The notes under the pieces are model-generated. The model had not been told where the DNA came from and ran no database searches. It was given only the letters and a program-made list of their open reading frames with translations. Below, piece by piece: positions 49,112 through 62,844 of a DNA stretch of 64,000 bases. A program made the translations under genes and the position numbers. Each line of letters begins with the position of its first letter. The first letter of the stretch is position 1. This DNA comes from Octopus vulgaris (Eukaryota), in the NCBI GenBank assembly GCA_951406725.2, contig OX597826.1, positions 50,468,001 through 50,532,000 of the forward strand. The letters are read 5' to 3'.

Positions 49112-52100
49112 GTAAGTACTTCCCAAATTGTTTTTCTTCAAAAAATTTCTCCTGCTTTTTATTGACAAATGAACAAAATTTCAATTTCTGAAAGTAGCCA
49201 CCCTATATATACAAGCAATATCTGTGTCTATATATATTTATATATTCACACGTGCAGTGTGTATAATACATATTATTATAATATACGCCTATTCCTAAAA
49301 TATTTTAGCTAAATTTTTATTCTTTTTCTACATCATCCTTAAATCATTGATTGAGATTCTTTAAATTCCATTAAAAACTTGATTCGCTTCTTTAAAACTT
49401 GGACGACCAGCTCGTTTTCTTTTCAGAGATAGTTTCAGATCTCTCCAGATCTTCAAACATTCCTCTGTCATTGAACGAGGCCAGAGAGATTTTCTAACTT
49501 CATATTTCAATTTGCTTAGACCTGTGTTTGCTACTTCACTAATAGCAACTTATTAATTTATCAGCGACTTCAACTTACATTTAACAAGCACGTTGTTGAA
49601 TTTTTACTTCTGGACAAACACACACACACACACCTACACACACACAGTCACAATAACGAAACCACATACAAACTACTGCTCACATACATACACACACTAT
49701 CTATGAAATAACTCCAGTTTTAAATTCATTGAGCCAATAAATAGCTTTAATAAAGGAAGGTCTTCTTGTCTTCATTAATTGTGGACCCCAACAAAGATGT
49801 AGAGTTATGTTTAAATGGCCAAAATCTGACTTTATCCTTCTCCTTCTCTCCTACAATTTTTCTGCGGGCGTTGTTTTTCCCCTTTTTTTCTTTTGTATTC
49901 TTGTCAATTATCGCTCTGGTAAAATGTGTTGGTTAGTGTATATATTTCAGTATGTATATTTCCAGTGTATGTTGAGTGTATAAGGTGTCTCAGTGTGTAT
50001 ATATATATATTTGACCGATGATACCGTTTATTGAATTTTGGGACTATTCTTTTAATATCTAATTTGCGTGTGTGTGTGTATCACGTATACTACATATATA
50101 CGCAATATATATTTACACAATATACGTATTTATATTTATAATGTGTGTATATACATGCAATACGTGTACATATAAACAGCATATGTGTTTATACACATAA
50201 TATATGTGCGTCTGTATACTCATTGTATATGAATGTATATACATACAGTATATGGATATACACACCATATATGTATATATATATATGTAATACGGACACG
50301 AAATGTTTCGGCCAAAAATTTAGAGAAAACATAGAGAGAGAGAGAGATGTAGAGTTGTCTGTTGTGTCGGTGATGGGGAATCACATTGTCAATAGACTTC
50401 CATCTTCATAACAGTCCAAGCCTTTTTCTTCAGCTATGCCTCCCGGAAACCGAGCCTTTTACCAGATTTTTTCCAAACCTTCCTCTTGACATTTTCCTTA
50501 TCCACTCAGCTCTGCATGCAATTATTTTTTCCTGAATATTCTAATGTCTCTCTCTCTATTTCTTTCCTATTTATCATGTTTGTTGTCAGACGTGCAACTC
50601 TAACGGTAAATTTAAACTGTCAAGTTTTAGAAGTTGCTGATTTAACTTCTTACAGTAAATTAATTTATTGCACTGTTTAATATTGTGCGGTCATTTCATT
50701 GGTGCTTTTGCTTTACTAATTACCAAGACTTTGTTAAAGAATCTAGCAAAAATAACAAATTTACGTTATATGTATACTCTCTCTATCTCTCTCTCTCTAT
50801 CTATACATCTCTCTGTATATACATGTCTTTTAGTGTGTGCATGTATATATATATTTTGAAGATGATCCGTCTTACTAAAAACTTCCCATTGAATTCACTT
50901 TTAAGTTTATGAAACAAAATAAACAAAATGTTCAATTAAAAACATTTATACCGAACTCATTAAAGATGAAGACAAAAAACAAAGTAACGATAATAAAATA
51001 AACCGACATAATTAGCAATCATTGATTGCAGGACCTTAATAATTACCGATTTAATTGATATTAGTTTCCTTGTGAGTTGTGTACTTGTGACATTGTATTG
51101 CGATGTTGACATGTAACCTCATTTCACTTCACACACACACACGCACTTTCCATCCTCTAAAATTTACCATTAAAACACAAACAACAAACTTAGAGCTACG
51201 CCCCTCTTTTATTTCATTTATTTTTCCTAAAATCATCTTTTGTCTTAGTAAGAATTTCTACCTCTAATAAACACCCCCTTCTCTCTCTCTATATATAAAA
51301 TTTTCTCACAAACACTAGCACACACACACACATACGAAGAACGATGACTGTCTTCGAAGTTTCGGTCTGTTAACTTCGTTAGACAGTCTGACGAAATATA
51401 ACAGTCCGAAACTTCGCAGTCACAGTCACCCCCTCTTGTAAAAATTTAATAAACAAGCACCCCCACCTAAAATATTGATAAAATTTTCAGTTTAAAGTTA
51501 AATAGTTTATATATAATAACTTGACATAAAAGCACACACACTTTATATATATGTGCTTGTGTTGTTTTAATTTTTTATCTGATCGGCCGTATTTTGTTTC
51601 CATTAATCTACATGTTGGAAACGATAAATAAATGATGAGTCAAAAAATAATCTGGGTAATGGGTGTGTAGTCGATCATATCGAACCAGTACAAGGGTATT
51701 TCATTTTATCGAATCCAGTGAGACGACAAGCAAAGTTGATTGAACTCTTGACTGAACGTAAAGAAAAAAAGTGCGAGTAAGTAAACAGCGAAGTAACATT
51801 GTTTGATTATTATTGTTGATTTCCAAATTCATATTCTATGGTGTTTGGGGGATGTATATTAGTGAATTTGGAGTTTTTTTTTATTTTCAAAAACCTTAAT
51901 TTACCAAATATTAATGGTCAAACACTCGCAAAGCCATTACAGTTTGGTTTTGACATACATTGATATTGGTAACTCTCTGGTCATTGTAGATGAAGACTAC
52001 AAATGCTATTTCTTAGAGATGCTTGTGGATTCTTTACAGGCGGTAACTCTTTCTCTCTTCGAGCATCTCAATTTACCAAAATGTATTGCTTAAACAATTT

Positions 52101-52249
52101 AGAGGGTTATATAATAGAAAAAAAAAAGTTATCTTTCTTTTACATGGGCCAGCCACATCGTTCTAATACATAGAACATAGTTTTGTTCAATATTTGCGAC
52201 ATTAATCTCTATTGCCGACAGTTAGAGAAAGAATTTTCGATGTCTAGAT

Positions 52250-52438
52250 CAGTGCTCCGCAATTGTTATGTCACCGCTCATTGGTGTGACACGAAACGAC
52301 GCTAGGTGTGCCGCAGTGTAACTTGATTATAATTTCTCCCCCCTATACTTTTAGTTGTGTTTTTAGTCCAGTTGTGCCGCCGAATTTTGAAAAGACTTAT
52401 AAGTGGTACTGCAAGTGAAAAAAGGTTGCAGAGCAGTG
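52250..52438. mobile_element. Complete hAT (Charlie/Buster-type) MITE with 8-bp TSD
   Basis: TIRs CAGTGCTCCGCAA / TTGCAGAGCAGTG and a perfect TSD GTCTAGAT (52242-52249, 52439-52446). Confidence 0.9.
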
Positions 52439-52799
52439 GTCTAGATCACAGTTGTCAGATAAGTTTCATGAGAAAGTGGAACAAGATTTTATCGAAGAGT
52501 AGAAAAATAACGCAAAATGAAAATTTCAGTCATGGACTGCAGCTAAGTTACAGGGACGTAAACAAACCAACACCTTCTTGTCAAGCGGTGGTAAGAAGCA
52601 AACACACACACATACACACGATAGGCTTCTACACAGTTTGTCTACCAAATTCACTCACAAGGCATTGGTCGGCCTAGGGTTATAGTAGACATTTGCCCAA
52701 GGTGCCTTGCAGTAGGACTGAACCCGGAACTATGTGGTTGCGAAGCGAGTTTCTTAATCGCACAGATATTTAGTACGCCTATATACGAGGGTTTAGATA

Positions 52800-54050
52800 T
52801 TAAAGTGTATTGAAAATTTTCTCAGTGGCAGAAAACAGCAATGTACAATTTGACCCCAGGAATAGCTTAAGGAACCATATTGGTACTAGTTCTTTTTGTA
52901 AAATATATATCGATGACTTCCCAGAAAATTTTCTCATGAACTCGTACTGCTTTGTGGTTGGGGGCCAAGATTTTCCTCACTGCAACTAAGGAGGAAAGAC
53001 CATGCTAAATTGTAAGAACTCCAGAAAATGTAAAACTGGAATGATTCATGGTTGTTAGCTTTCTAACAGACTGAAATGTGAAGAATATGATGATCATCAT
53101 TGTTTTCACGTTCACTTTTTATTCTTTTCCTGGGTTGGAAGCAGTTTATTTGAGTCAGATTTTCTACGGATGGATGTTATTCTTGTTGCCAACCATCTCG
53201 TTTCTAAGAAAGGCAATATTTGCCCATAGCCGGACATGTATGTTCTCACCGAATAATGGGCATGAATGATATAGTGATACTCATTTACAACCACCACGCG
53301 ATGTCAAGGCAAGGAGACACAAACATACACATCTATACACGCACGCACATATGGCGGTCTCCTTTCAGTTTCCGTCGACCAAAATCTTCTCACATGTCCT
53401 TGGTTGGCCCGGGGCTATAGCAATGTTACACAGTGGGACTGCCCCCGAAATTGTGATTCGGAAGCAAACTTCTTAATCACACAGCCACACCTGCGCCGCG
53501 CCTAGCCATAAGGCTAGGTGCAGGTGTGGATGGTGGGTATAAAGAGAACTTTTGAATACTTTAACACAAACAATTCTATATCGTCTGACAGATGTATTTT
53601 TGTAAGATCCTATTTAGATGATGCAACTCCTGTCTGGAGTCACACCATCACCTCTTTTACTATAAAGAACTCATGGGGGGGGGGGGAAAGAACTGAATGT
53701 ATACCAAGAAGAGCTATTACCTGGATAGAAAAATCTGACGTCTAAGTATCCAGAGATGGCAAAAAACTCAAATTACCGAGATAGAGATGAGTCAGAGCGG
53801 ATATACCAGAAATATTATTACAGAATGGTAAATAGATTTCATGAAGAGGGTTTATGTAACTTAATTCACTCCTGTGTCGAGAACTTAGGCTGAATATTGA
53901 ATAAGGAGTAAAACTACCAAATATAAACAAGAGACAGTAAGTTTGAAGTAACAAATAGTTTAACAGTGAAAAATTTGCTTCAGTTTCACGGGAGGGGCAG
54001 CAGATGAAAACGGTGATAATATATTTTAAACAAGTATATATATGGACAAA
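52800..54050 (+). mobile_element. Decayed CR1/L2-like LINE RT fragment interrupted by SINEs
   Basis: PQ...LF..YIDDFPE (near 52855-52925) and RSYLDDATPVWS...ECIPRRA (near 53605-53715) resemble PQGSVLGPLLF.YINDLP and LEYAxPVWSP..LERVQRRAT. Confidence 0.6.
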
Positions 54051-54222
54051 CGTTGTGAGTAATTAGAAATATAATTTTCGAGCTTGTCATCTATAAGTAT
54101 TTGGGAATATGTAAACAATATATTGAGTAATGATGATGATAATCATAATACAAATATATATATAGCATGTAATTAACTCTCCATATTATTAATGTATATA
54201 TTGTTTACACACACACACACAC

Positions 54223-54274
<52 letters not shown>

Positions 54275-54514
54275 GAAACAGCGGATGGAGGGAGTGCCCG
54301 GTAGACTAGTCTGCAGTACATATATAGTACACATTTAGTAACTGATGTAACGTTCCGCAATCGCTGCGGATGTCCATTGGAGATCAGTGTGTGTCTAAAT
54401 ACCTGGACAACGTCAAAAACATGATTACTAATGTAAAAGAGAACAGCTACTAATAAACGTTTTGGGGTGTTAGATACGACAAAAGTGTCTAACCACGCCC
54501 TATACACACATATA

Positions 54515-54544
<30 letters not shown>

Positions 54545-54552
<8 letters not shown>

Positions 54553-54900
54553 CATGTCAGTGTGTGAACAGATATATGTGTACGTGTGTATATACTACAT
54601 ACTTATGTGTGTGTGTGTGTGTGTATATATATATGTACATGTCAGTGTGTGAACAGATATATGTGTACGTGTGTATATACTACATCCTTATGTGTGTGTG
54701 TGTGTATATATGTACATGTCAATGTGTGAACAGATATGTGTACGTGTGTATATACTACATACTTATATGTATGTGTGTGTGTGTGTATATATATGTACAT
54801 GTCAGTGTGTGAACAGATGTGTGTACGTGTGTATATACTACATACTTATATATATATATGTGTGTGTATATATGCGTGTAAATATGTGTGCATATATATA
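54545..54900. repeat. Higher-order microsatellite repeat (4 units of about 76-86 bp)
   Basis: TACATGTCA(G/A)TGTGTGAACAGAT..GTACGTGTGTATATACTACAT recurs four times, separated by variable (TG)n(TA)n. Confidence 0.9.
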
Positions 54901-55763
54901 TATACTTATGTAGATCCGTATATGTACGTACATATGATTGTGCATAGGCGTGTGAGTGCAAGATATGTTTATGAAATAAATGTAATAAATGTTGGTAGAT
55001 TAATTTAGTTACAATTAAAAAAAAAAAAAGAAAAACGTTGAATTTCGGAAAAAACCCTAAATGTTTTATTAATAGATCTCTCTGCCTCCCCTAACTGACC
55101 GATGGTCCGACAAATGTCCAACGTCCCAAAGTTGGTGATGCTGCTACTACTGTGTGTACATGTGATGAAGAATTTTCATTGCATCTGACGGTTGTTTGGA
55201 ACTGCGCATCAACTAGTTGCTATTTCCCCGGTCATGCTGCTACTGGAAGCCAGTACACTTTACGATAACCAACCACATGTTCTCCGCAGTTCGGCATGTC
55301 GTGAAAACCATTATTAGTCTTCTCTCTCTTCTAGAGGAATGGTTTTTTTTTTTGTCTCTTAATACAGACCTATATTAATATTCAGAGGTAGATACATTTA
55401 TCTACAATTTCGGGTGTGACAGTTCTTCATTACTATCATTTTTCACGTGTTTGTTTGTGTGTGTGTGTAATAAATAAACACACACACACAAGTGGTTTGG
55501 ATACTTCCTTTGCGTTGGTAAGGTTGGATAGTGGTGAGGGCGGTGGAACCGGCTGAATTGAATAAACTTATCTGACATCAGTGATGGTCACTATGCCATC
55601 ATAGTTTTTTTTTATGTATGTATATGTGTGTATATATATTGATTGATTGATTCTAGTTTCAGCTCATGAGCTGTGGCCATGCTGGGGCACCGCCATGTAT
55701 ATATTTCGTTTTTGAATTTGGTTTGCAAGATTCTTTATATGCGTTCGTGTGTTGAAGCATATT

Positions 55764-55909
55764 CTGTTGTGTCTGGGGAGAGTCATTTTCTTTTTGTGCC
55801 TTATAATGTAACACACTCAGCGGTAAATAAGAAATAAGTGGAAATTTTACCGGTGAGTGTGTTACATTATAAGACTCAAAAAGAAAATGACTCTCCCCAG
55901 ACACAACAG
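55764..55909. repeat. Near-perfect inverted repeat (64-bp arms, 18-bp spacer)
   Basis: CTGTTGTGTCTGGGGAGAGTCATTTTCTTTTTG..TAATGTAACACACTCA and its reverse complement. A related single copy lies near 30055-30110. Confidence 0.9.
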
Positions 55910-56234
55910 TATATATATATATATATATATATTTACTTAGCCCATACATATGTCATCCATATATTACACATACCGGCAAATATGTGTGTGTGTGTTTGTC
56001 TCGTAGGTGTATGTATTTGTGTGTATCTGTCTATGGTGGAATATTTTAGGCTATTTCTAGCTGTGTTGATCACCTCATTAGTTAAATGAGCTTCAAAGTT
56101 GTGCATGTTTAGAAGTCAACTTGTGCGAACTAAACAGATTGATTCCTTCAGAAAGCTGCTTTCTTCATTTCTGCTAATAGCCAGAAGTCTCGGTCCTCTA
56201 TAATGTTTCCATTCACACCTCTGCGGTTTTATAG

Positions 56235-56278
<44 letters not shown>

Positions 56279-56279
56279 T

Positions 56280-56579
56280 AAAACGAGACAGATGAGTGAG
56301 TGACAACCTGGCCACTGGTGGTGTAACACACCATACTAATCATATCTGTCGGGCATGTGGAAGAGAGTGTAATTCGGCAGGAGGACTTAAACGACATGCA
56401 AGGGTACATGAAGCCCAGTTACAACTACAGCCGGCTATTATCGGTAAAGGTTTTAGTTGCCAATTCTGTACAAGACATTGTAGATCTTTAACTGGGCTAA
56501 AAAGTCATATTCGATCACAGTACCAGTAACAGTTAAGCTTCGTGCAATGGCCATACTCGATAAGGAGGGGGCAGCCATA

Positions 56580-56580
<1 letters not shown>
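56280..56580 (+). mobile_element. RTE/BovB-type LINE 3' end encoding two C2H2 zinc fingers
   Basis: CRACGRECNSAGGLKRHARVH and CQFCTRHCRSLTGLKSHIRS with no TGEKP linker. Short 3' UTR GGCCATACTCGATAAGGAGGGGGCAGCC, flanked by (TA)n. Confidence 0.7.
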
Positions 56581-56618
<38 letters not shown>

Positions 56619-58102
56619 CTGTTACTTCATGTTATCCACCTCAGATGGATGAAAGGTAAAGCTTACTCCGACTGATTTTGAACTCAAAATATGAAAAGTC
56701 TTTGTGTTCTGAGATGCAAATCTAGCTGAAATCAACTCTACCTTTCATCCCTCCGGGAACGATAAAAACCAAAGTACCAGTAAAGTGCTGGCAGTCAGTT
56801 TATATTTCCATAACGTTTGCTAGATGTGGATTGAATATATAATACCGTAATTAAATTCAGCAAGGCGTGTTGAGAAACTCTAACGATCTGCCATTCCACT
56901 GTAGGGTGTATAAGAATTTTTGGTAATGTAGATCTAGCAAATCGCTTAACATAGATATTTAGTAAATAAGGTTGTTTTAACCACCATTTCAACATCCATC
57001 CAAAGAAATTGGCACAGAACCATATCTTGTTAATGTAGAAATTGCGGCTTTACATAATGTATACGTATGATATATGTATGTGCAGGTGTAAGTGTCTGGT
57101 AAGAAGTTTGCTTCCCAACGACATGGTTCCAGGTTCAGTCCCACTGCGTGACCCTTGGGCAAGTGTCTTCTACTATAGCCTCGGGCTGACTAAAGCCTTG
57201 TGAGTGGATTTGGTAGAGGGAAACTGAATGAAGCCCGTCGTGTATGTATGTATATATCACATTGTAATGTGAGGATATTGCTACGTAGTTCTTAGAATAT
57301 GCTGTTGAAAGATTACTTATTTGTTAGACTACACTATTTAGGATTTTCAGAGATGTGAGGAGCGTACAATCCCCAAATTGTATTTAACTGTAATGGATTA
57401 GCATCTGTTCAGGAATGAAGTATTTTCTAGCAATGAAGAGCCAGCTCAGCCTGTCATCTTGGTTATGTAAAGACCTTCAGGTTCCATAAAAATATTGTCG
57501 GAAATAGTAAAGAATTTGAACAGAATGAATGAATATTGTGTTCATTAATGTTGGTTCCTTCGAGATTTGCCATGTTTGAACTTGGGTATTGGTTGAAGGA
57601 GTCCGGACGTGTTAATTGATCGATATTATAGGATGTTTGAGAGATTTCCGTTTGTGAGAGTTACACAAGCATTGGTGAGAATAGTTCAGGTTACATGCGA
57701 AGTAACCTTTTCTACTCTAGGCATAAGGCCCGAAATTTTTTGGGAGGGGGTCAGTCGCTTTGATCGACTCCAGTATGCAACTGGTACTTAATTTATCGAC
57801 CCCGAAAGGATGAAAGGCAAAGTCGACCCTGGCGGAATTTGAACTCAGAACGTAGCGACAGACGAAATACCGCTAAGCATTTCGCTCGGCTTGGTAACGT
57901 TTTTGCCAGCTCGCCGCCTTCCTCATATTACAATAATGGTATATCTGTCTGGCTCTGTTATACATCGATCTCAACCCATTCAATGCATTCTCTTTCTGTC
58001 CTCATTGTCATTATTGACGCGAACGTCCCTTGGAATCCCTTCACCTTCTTTGCACCGATTACACCCTGTTATCATTAATCTCTGTTCTGAGTCTATCTAG
58101 GC

Positions 58103-59945
58103 CAGGGATGGGGAACCTTTTTGCGCATGAAGGCCACCCTACAATTCATTATCCCTCATAGAGGCCGCATTAAACAAAAATTATTTTTCTTGTATTCAAT
58201 TATTTTATTCTCTAAGTAATTTATTAGTAATCTAATAAAAGAAAGACAGGTGTGTAGAAATCGAAAACCTGACTTACCAAATATTTTATTTAAGTACTTT
58301 TATACAAATAATAAGTAAATGAATAATGATCTTATAAAAAAAGACAGCTTATGAACATTGAGAATTATAACATTTTCAAATATTCAGTTCAGGCATGTAG
58401 GTACTTTTTATTCAAAATTTTGACTTCCTTGAATTTGTTTTTTTTTTTTTTGAGAAATTATTTTGTTATCAGACTCTAAACATAATGGTTCTTAGTTTCA
58501 ATTGGTCCTCCAAATGCTCATCTGCCAATTGCGTTCTCAGCGAATTCTTGATTTCCGTCAAGTACGAGAATGTGGATTCACAACACTATGTTGAAGAAAA
58601 GCAGGAAATTAGTCGGCGTGCATGTTCACGAAGACGAGGATATTCTACCGCACTTTTCGAAATTTCGATGGGATTTCCCCTCTTGTCAAAGAGATTTCAG
58701 GATATCATCTTCAGACATTTCAATAAGTTCCATTTATAACTCTTCGAGAGCCTCTGAAACATCAACAAGGTGAGGCTGAAAAGCAAGTTTCAGAGCGATG
58801 TTATGTTTTTCAAAATCGTTGAATCTTTTATTATATTCTTCTATTAATGAGTCTAAAACTGGCTCGTATTCTTCAAAAGAGTCATAGATGCCTTCATTTT
58901 CACTCATTACTTTCGTAAACTGAGGAAAGTGTTCCGAAAGTTTGGATTGAACCAAAAGGAACTTGAAAAACGATAATTTTTTCTAAATGCCCAAATTTTT
59001 TGTCACATATAGTTACATTTATTTTTGCTTTATAACGAAATGTTTAACTCATTTTGTTTTGACTGCACATAACATAAAAATGCAACATCTCTGTAAAAGT
59101 TTGGCTCTGGTAAATCACAATGTTTTGTTGTTGTTTTCTTTGAAAAAGTCAATTATTTTGCCTTCGTAAAGACAAAATTTTGACCAATACTTATCCTTGC
59201 GACAACCAGCGTATTTTTGAGTGATAAGGCAAATCCACATTAATTACTTCGTCATCCATCATCAGCATATTTCGAAATTGACGATGCTTCAGAGCATTTG
59301 CCCGAATATAGTTTACTTATAACTTTCTGCAAAGTGTTATTTAAAACGACAGATTTTGCTCAGAGATTTTGCTGATGTAAAAACACAATGAAAAGAAATC
59401 AGTCAGTACATTTGGTTCTTTGGTTACTCTTTTAAGATGTGCAGTAAATCCTTCATTTTCAGCCATCATAGCTGGAGCACCATCCGTGTACACCAAATTA
59501 GTAAAATTTAGTCCTACTTTATAACAAACATTGTTCTTTGAAGTTGTTAAAAATATCTAACCCTCGAGTCCTTCCTTTAAGGGTGCCTAAAGCAAATAAT
59601 TCTTCATGTAATTGAAAATCATCAGTTACAACACGAATAAAATACAATACTTGTGCTGAATCTGTGGAATCTGTCGATTCATCCAAAGCTACTGAGCAAT
59701 ATACGTTTTCTTTTTGGATTATATTTTTCAATTGCTCTGCTGTTGATTTGTATTAGTCCTTCTTGAAAGAGGCACCTCTTTATATTTGTTAACTTTATCG
59801 GGATCTATACATCCTACCACTTCTAAAATACATTCCTTTATGATTTCTGCACCGCTGAATGGCTTACCTTTTTTTCCAAGCAAATATGCAACTTTATAGC
59901 TGGCTTCTGTCGTAGCATTCCCTTGATGCAACACAAACTGGAAAA
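58103..59945 (-). mobile_element. Decayed hAT transposon (Buster/Charlie, GTF2IRD2-like transposase), one TIR preserved
   Basis: ASYKVAYLLGKKGKPFSGAEIIKEC..PLSRRT, SVALDESTDSTDSAQ..FIR..EEL, TDGAPAM, RWLSQG. TIR CAGGGATGGGGAACCTTTT at 58103 after ATCTAGGC. Multiple frameshifts. Confidence 0.92.
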
Positions 59946-59981
59946 ATTGTCTTTGCGTTTGTTTTCTTGTTTTCTTAAATT

Positions 59982-59984
<3 letters not shown>

Positions 59985-60054
<70 letters not shown>
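59985..60054. repeat. (CT)n microsatellite (others: (AG)n 43280-43340, (CT)n 35144-35182)
   Basis: Direct reading. Confidence 0.95.
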
Positions 60055-60058
<4 letters not shown>

Positions 60059-60163
60059 TCGTCACCGCCCTCACCGTCTTTATGCCTACTATTACTCTCA
60101 CCCCAGCACGAGGAATAGTAGAAGTGTCATTAAATAGTGAGAGAGGGGGTTTCGCATTATTAT

Positions 60164-60221
<58 letters not shown>

Positions 60222-61749
60222 GACGGGCTTCTTTCAGTTTCCGTCTACCAAATCCACTCACAAGACTTTGGTCAGCCCGAGGTATAGTAGAAGTCACTTG
60301 CCCAAGGTGCCACGCAGTGAGACTGAACCCGGAACTATGTGGTTGAGAAGCAAGCTTCTTATCACACAGCCACTCCTGCGCCTATGTGTGTGTTTTCTTT
60401 TTTGTCAAATATTTAGTCTGACACATGTATAGGTTTGTAATGCTTTAACAAATAGGTCAGGACTAAAAAACAGTAGAAAATGGCGAATGTTACCTGAATC
60501 TGAGTATTGAAGTTCGGAATGTGTCTACAGAATTAGAATGTCTGAGAGTGTGTTTGTACATGGATAAGGTCTTGAGGGCAGAGTTTAGGAACAGCTGTCC
60601 CCTCGAAGTTCCATACCTCATGGGAAATGTCAGAAACGGAAATTTTTGGAAAAACATTTCCATCGTATGAGAACAACAAATGTAATGTAAAAATGAAGGA
60701 TAAAAACAAAAGGAAAAAAATACTCTTTTCCTTTCCCATGAGATATGGACTTTGAGGGACAGTTATTCCAAAACTGTGCCGTCTTCAATTGCAAAGTTTC
60801 TCTCGTTTATTTCTGCTTGCACTCCGTTACACTGCTATCACACTAGTTTTCTGTCTCAATCGGTTAAAGGAGACGAATGAAGAGAGAGATTAATGGGAGA
60901 CAGCATAATGGATTATCTTGGTGCAGTTATCCATTTTCTTTTGTAATTCTACAATACAACATAAAAAAAAAAATCCCTTTGTGGTTCGAAGTACGAAGAT
61001 ACCTTCTTTCCCCCTATACTTTTTCTATTGTACAATTTATTTGATCGAACCCAGAGGGAGAAAAAGCGAAATCACCCCTCATGGGATTTGGATTCGGAAT
61101 ATGAAGCAACGAACACTGTAGATAGTTGTTGTTTAACCCCGGGTCAGTACTGATCGAACAGATATACAATCAGACCCTCCAGCCATGCCTATCTTATCTT
61201 ATTGTAAACCAAGGACTACATTGTCGTAGTTCTGAGTTCGATATCACTATACAATATCTTGGACCAGTGTTTGTAATCTACAAGGTATTGACCCGGATTG
61301 ATCAATACCTTGCAAGTGATGTTTAGTAAACTGAAAATCCAGAACCCCGTTGTATCTACAACTAATAATTCTTATTAATGTAATTTTGCGGTTATTATAT
61401 TATTAATTATCAGTGTAACTTTGCAGACTTAGATTCATTCATTTGTTTGTGAACAATAATAGTAGAGCAGTCTTCGACTAACTGGAGTCTACAGAGCTCT
61501 TGAAGACCATGGAGAAAAATACGGAAATACTTCCGCCTACTCTAATATATTTTGGTAATATAGCAACCACGGTGTACTAAATAATTTTGAGAAGTAGTTC
61601 CGGAAGAGTTTCGCTATACCAAATTCCATTAGTTCTTTACTATGGGACATCTAGTCTCGCAGGAAAGTTGCACCTTTTCTTGCTCCCTTTTGATAATGGC
61701 TTCTAAGTTCCCCCACTAAAAGAACAAAAAAACAATAACAGCAACAACT

Positions 61750-62450
61750 CATGTTCCTAAGTCAGTAGACTAGATTTATCTTAATACGATAAGGCAGGGT
61801 TTGAAACAGAATCGTTAAGTATCTATTCAACTTTTAACCTGTTTATCAACTTAACCATTCTCGTAATTTTTTTTGTTGAATACTCATGTTTTTTTTGTTT
61901 ATAGGTAGGGCAAATGATTAAGTAAACAACTTGCATGAGAGACAACACAAAGACTGTAGCATCGTCCAATGCACTCCTTATCATTGATCTAATTATCATC
62001 TATGATGATATCGACTTGATTAGACAAGACGAGAGGAATAGATATATCTTTCGAAAGAAAGTGAATATGAAGAACCAGAAAGAACAAACATTGAGATATG
62101 CAATGTTTTGTGACACTTCTGGTATTTATTCTTTACGTTTGCAAATTGCAGTTTACGGGAATATCCAAAATAGTTATAGGATAATTACTCTTTGAACGAG
62201 TTGGCTGCTAAAATCATTAGCTTTTTTTACCATCCATTTTAAATGGGAATCAAAGAAAGGGTGAATATGAGGAGAATTTTTTTTTTTTTTTTCACTTTAC
62301 AGAGGCTGTCTGTCATCTCACGACTGTAGAGGTTGCTCTAGAATCGCTTCTGTGAGACCTTAGTGTCGGAATGTTGGTATTTTGATATACAATCCACGAA
62401 GTCCATCAACTTTCAGTCACGCATTTAGCTGTTTGGCCTCTCACCTCGCC
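61750..62450 (+). mobile_element. Highly decayed non-LTR reverse transcriptase remnant
   Basis: GLKQ...followed by IYDDIDLI, which resembles GLKQGD..LSPxLFN / YADDIDL. Weak evidence. Confidence 0.3.
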
Positions 62451-62844
62451 TCTGCTAATTTATTTGTATTTTGATTTCGTTCTGATTCCGTTTTCTTTCA
62501 TAAATTTTACGTCTGCGCTTCTGTGTGGTATATTTATTTATAAATCATAAATGCCTTTTAGAAATGAAAGGTGATAAATACCATCACGTTATATACACAC
62601 CAGAAGTGAATAGTTTTAGCTGTTGTAGGAATTACTTATTTATATATGACATAAATATTTAAGTAATCTTTAAGGAATAAAGTGTTTATTTTATCAATGA
62701 TTTTTATGTCTCCTTTTATATCGAAAATCCTTAACGCACAACGAGGCGCCCTCAAGCACATATGGACTCGGGCTGATCCCTTCAGCCGGTCATTTTTCTG
62801 TATATTTATTTACTATTACAAATCAAAGTATATTATTAACAGTA

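Noticed and set aside
58485-59934. Domesticated GTF2IRD2/ZBED-like host gene
   Set aside because: Many stops and frameshifts plus a retained TIR indicate a dead transposon.
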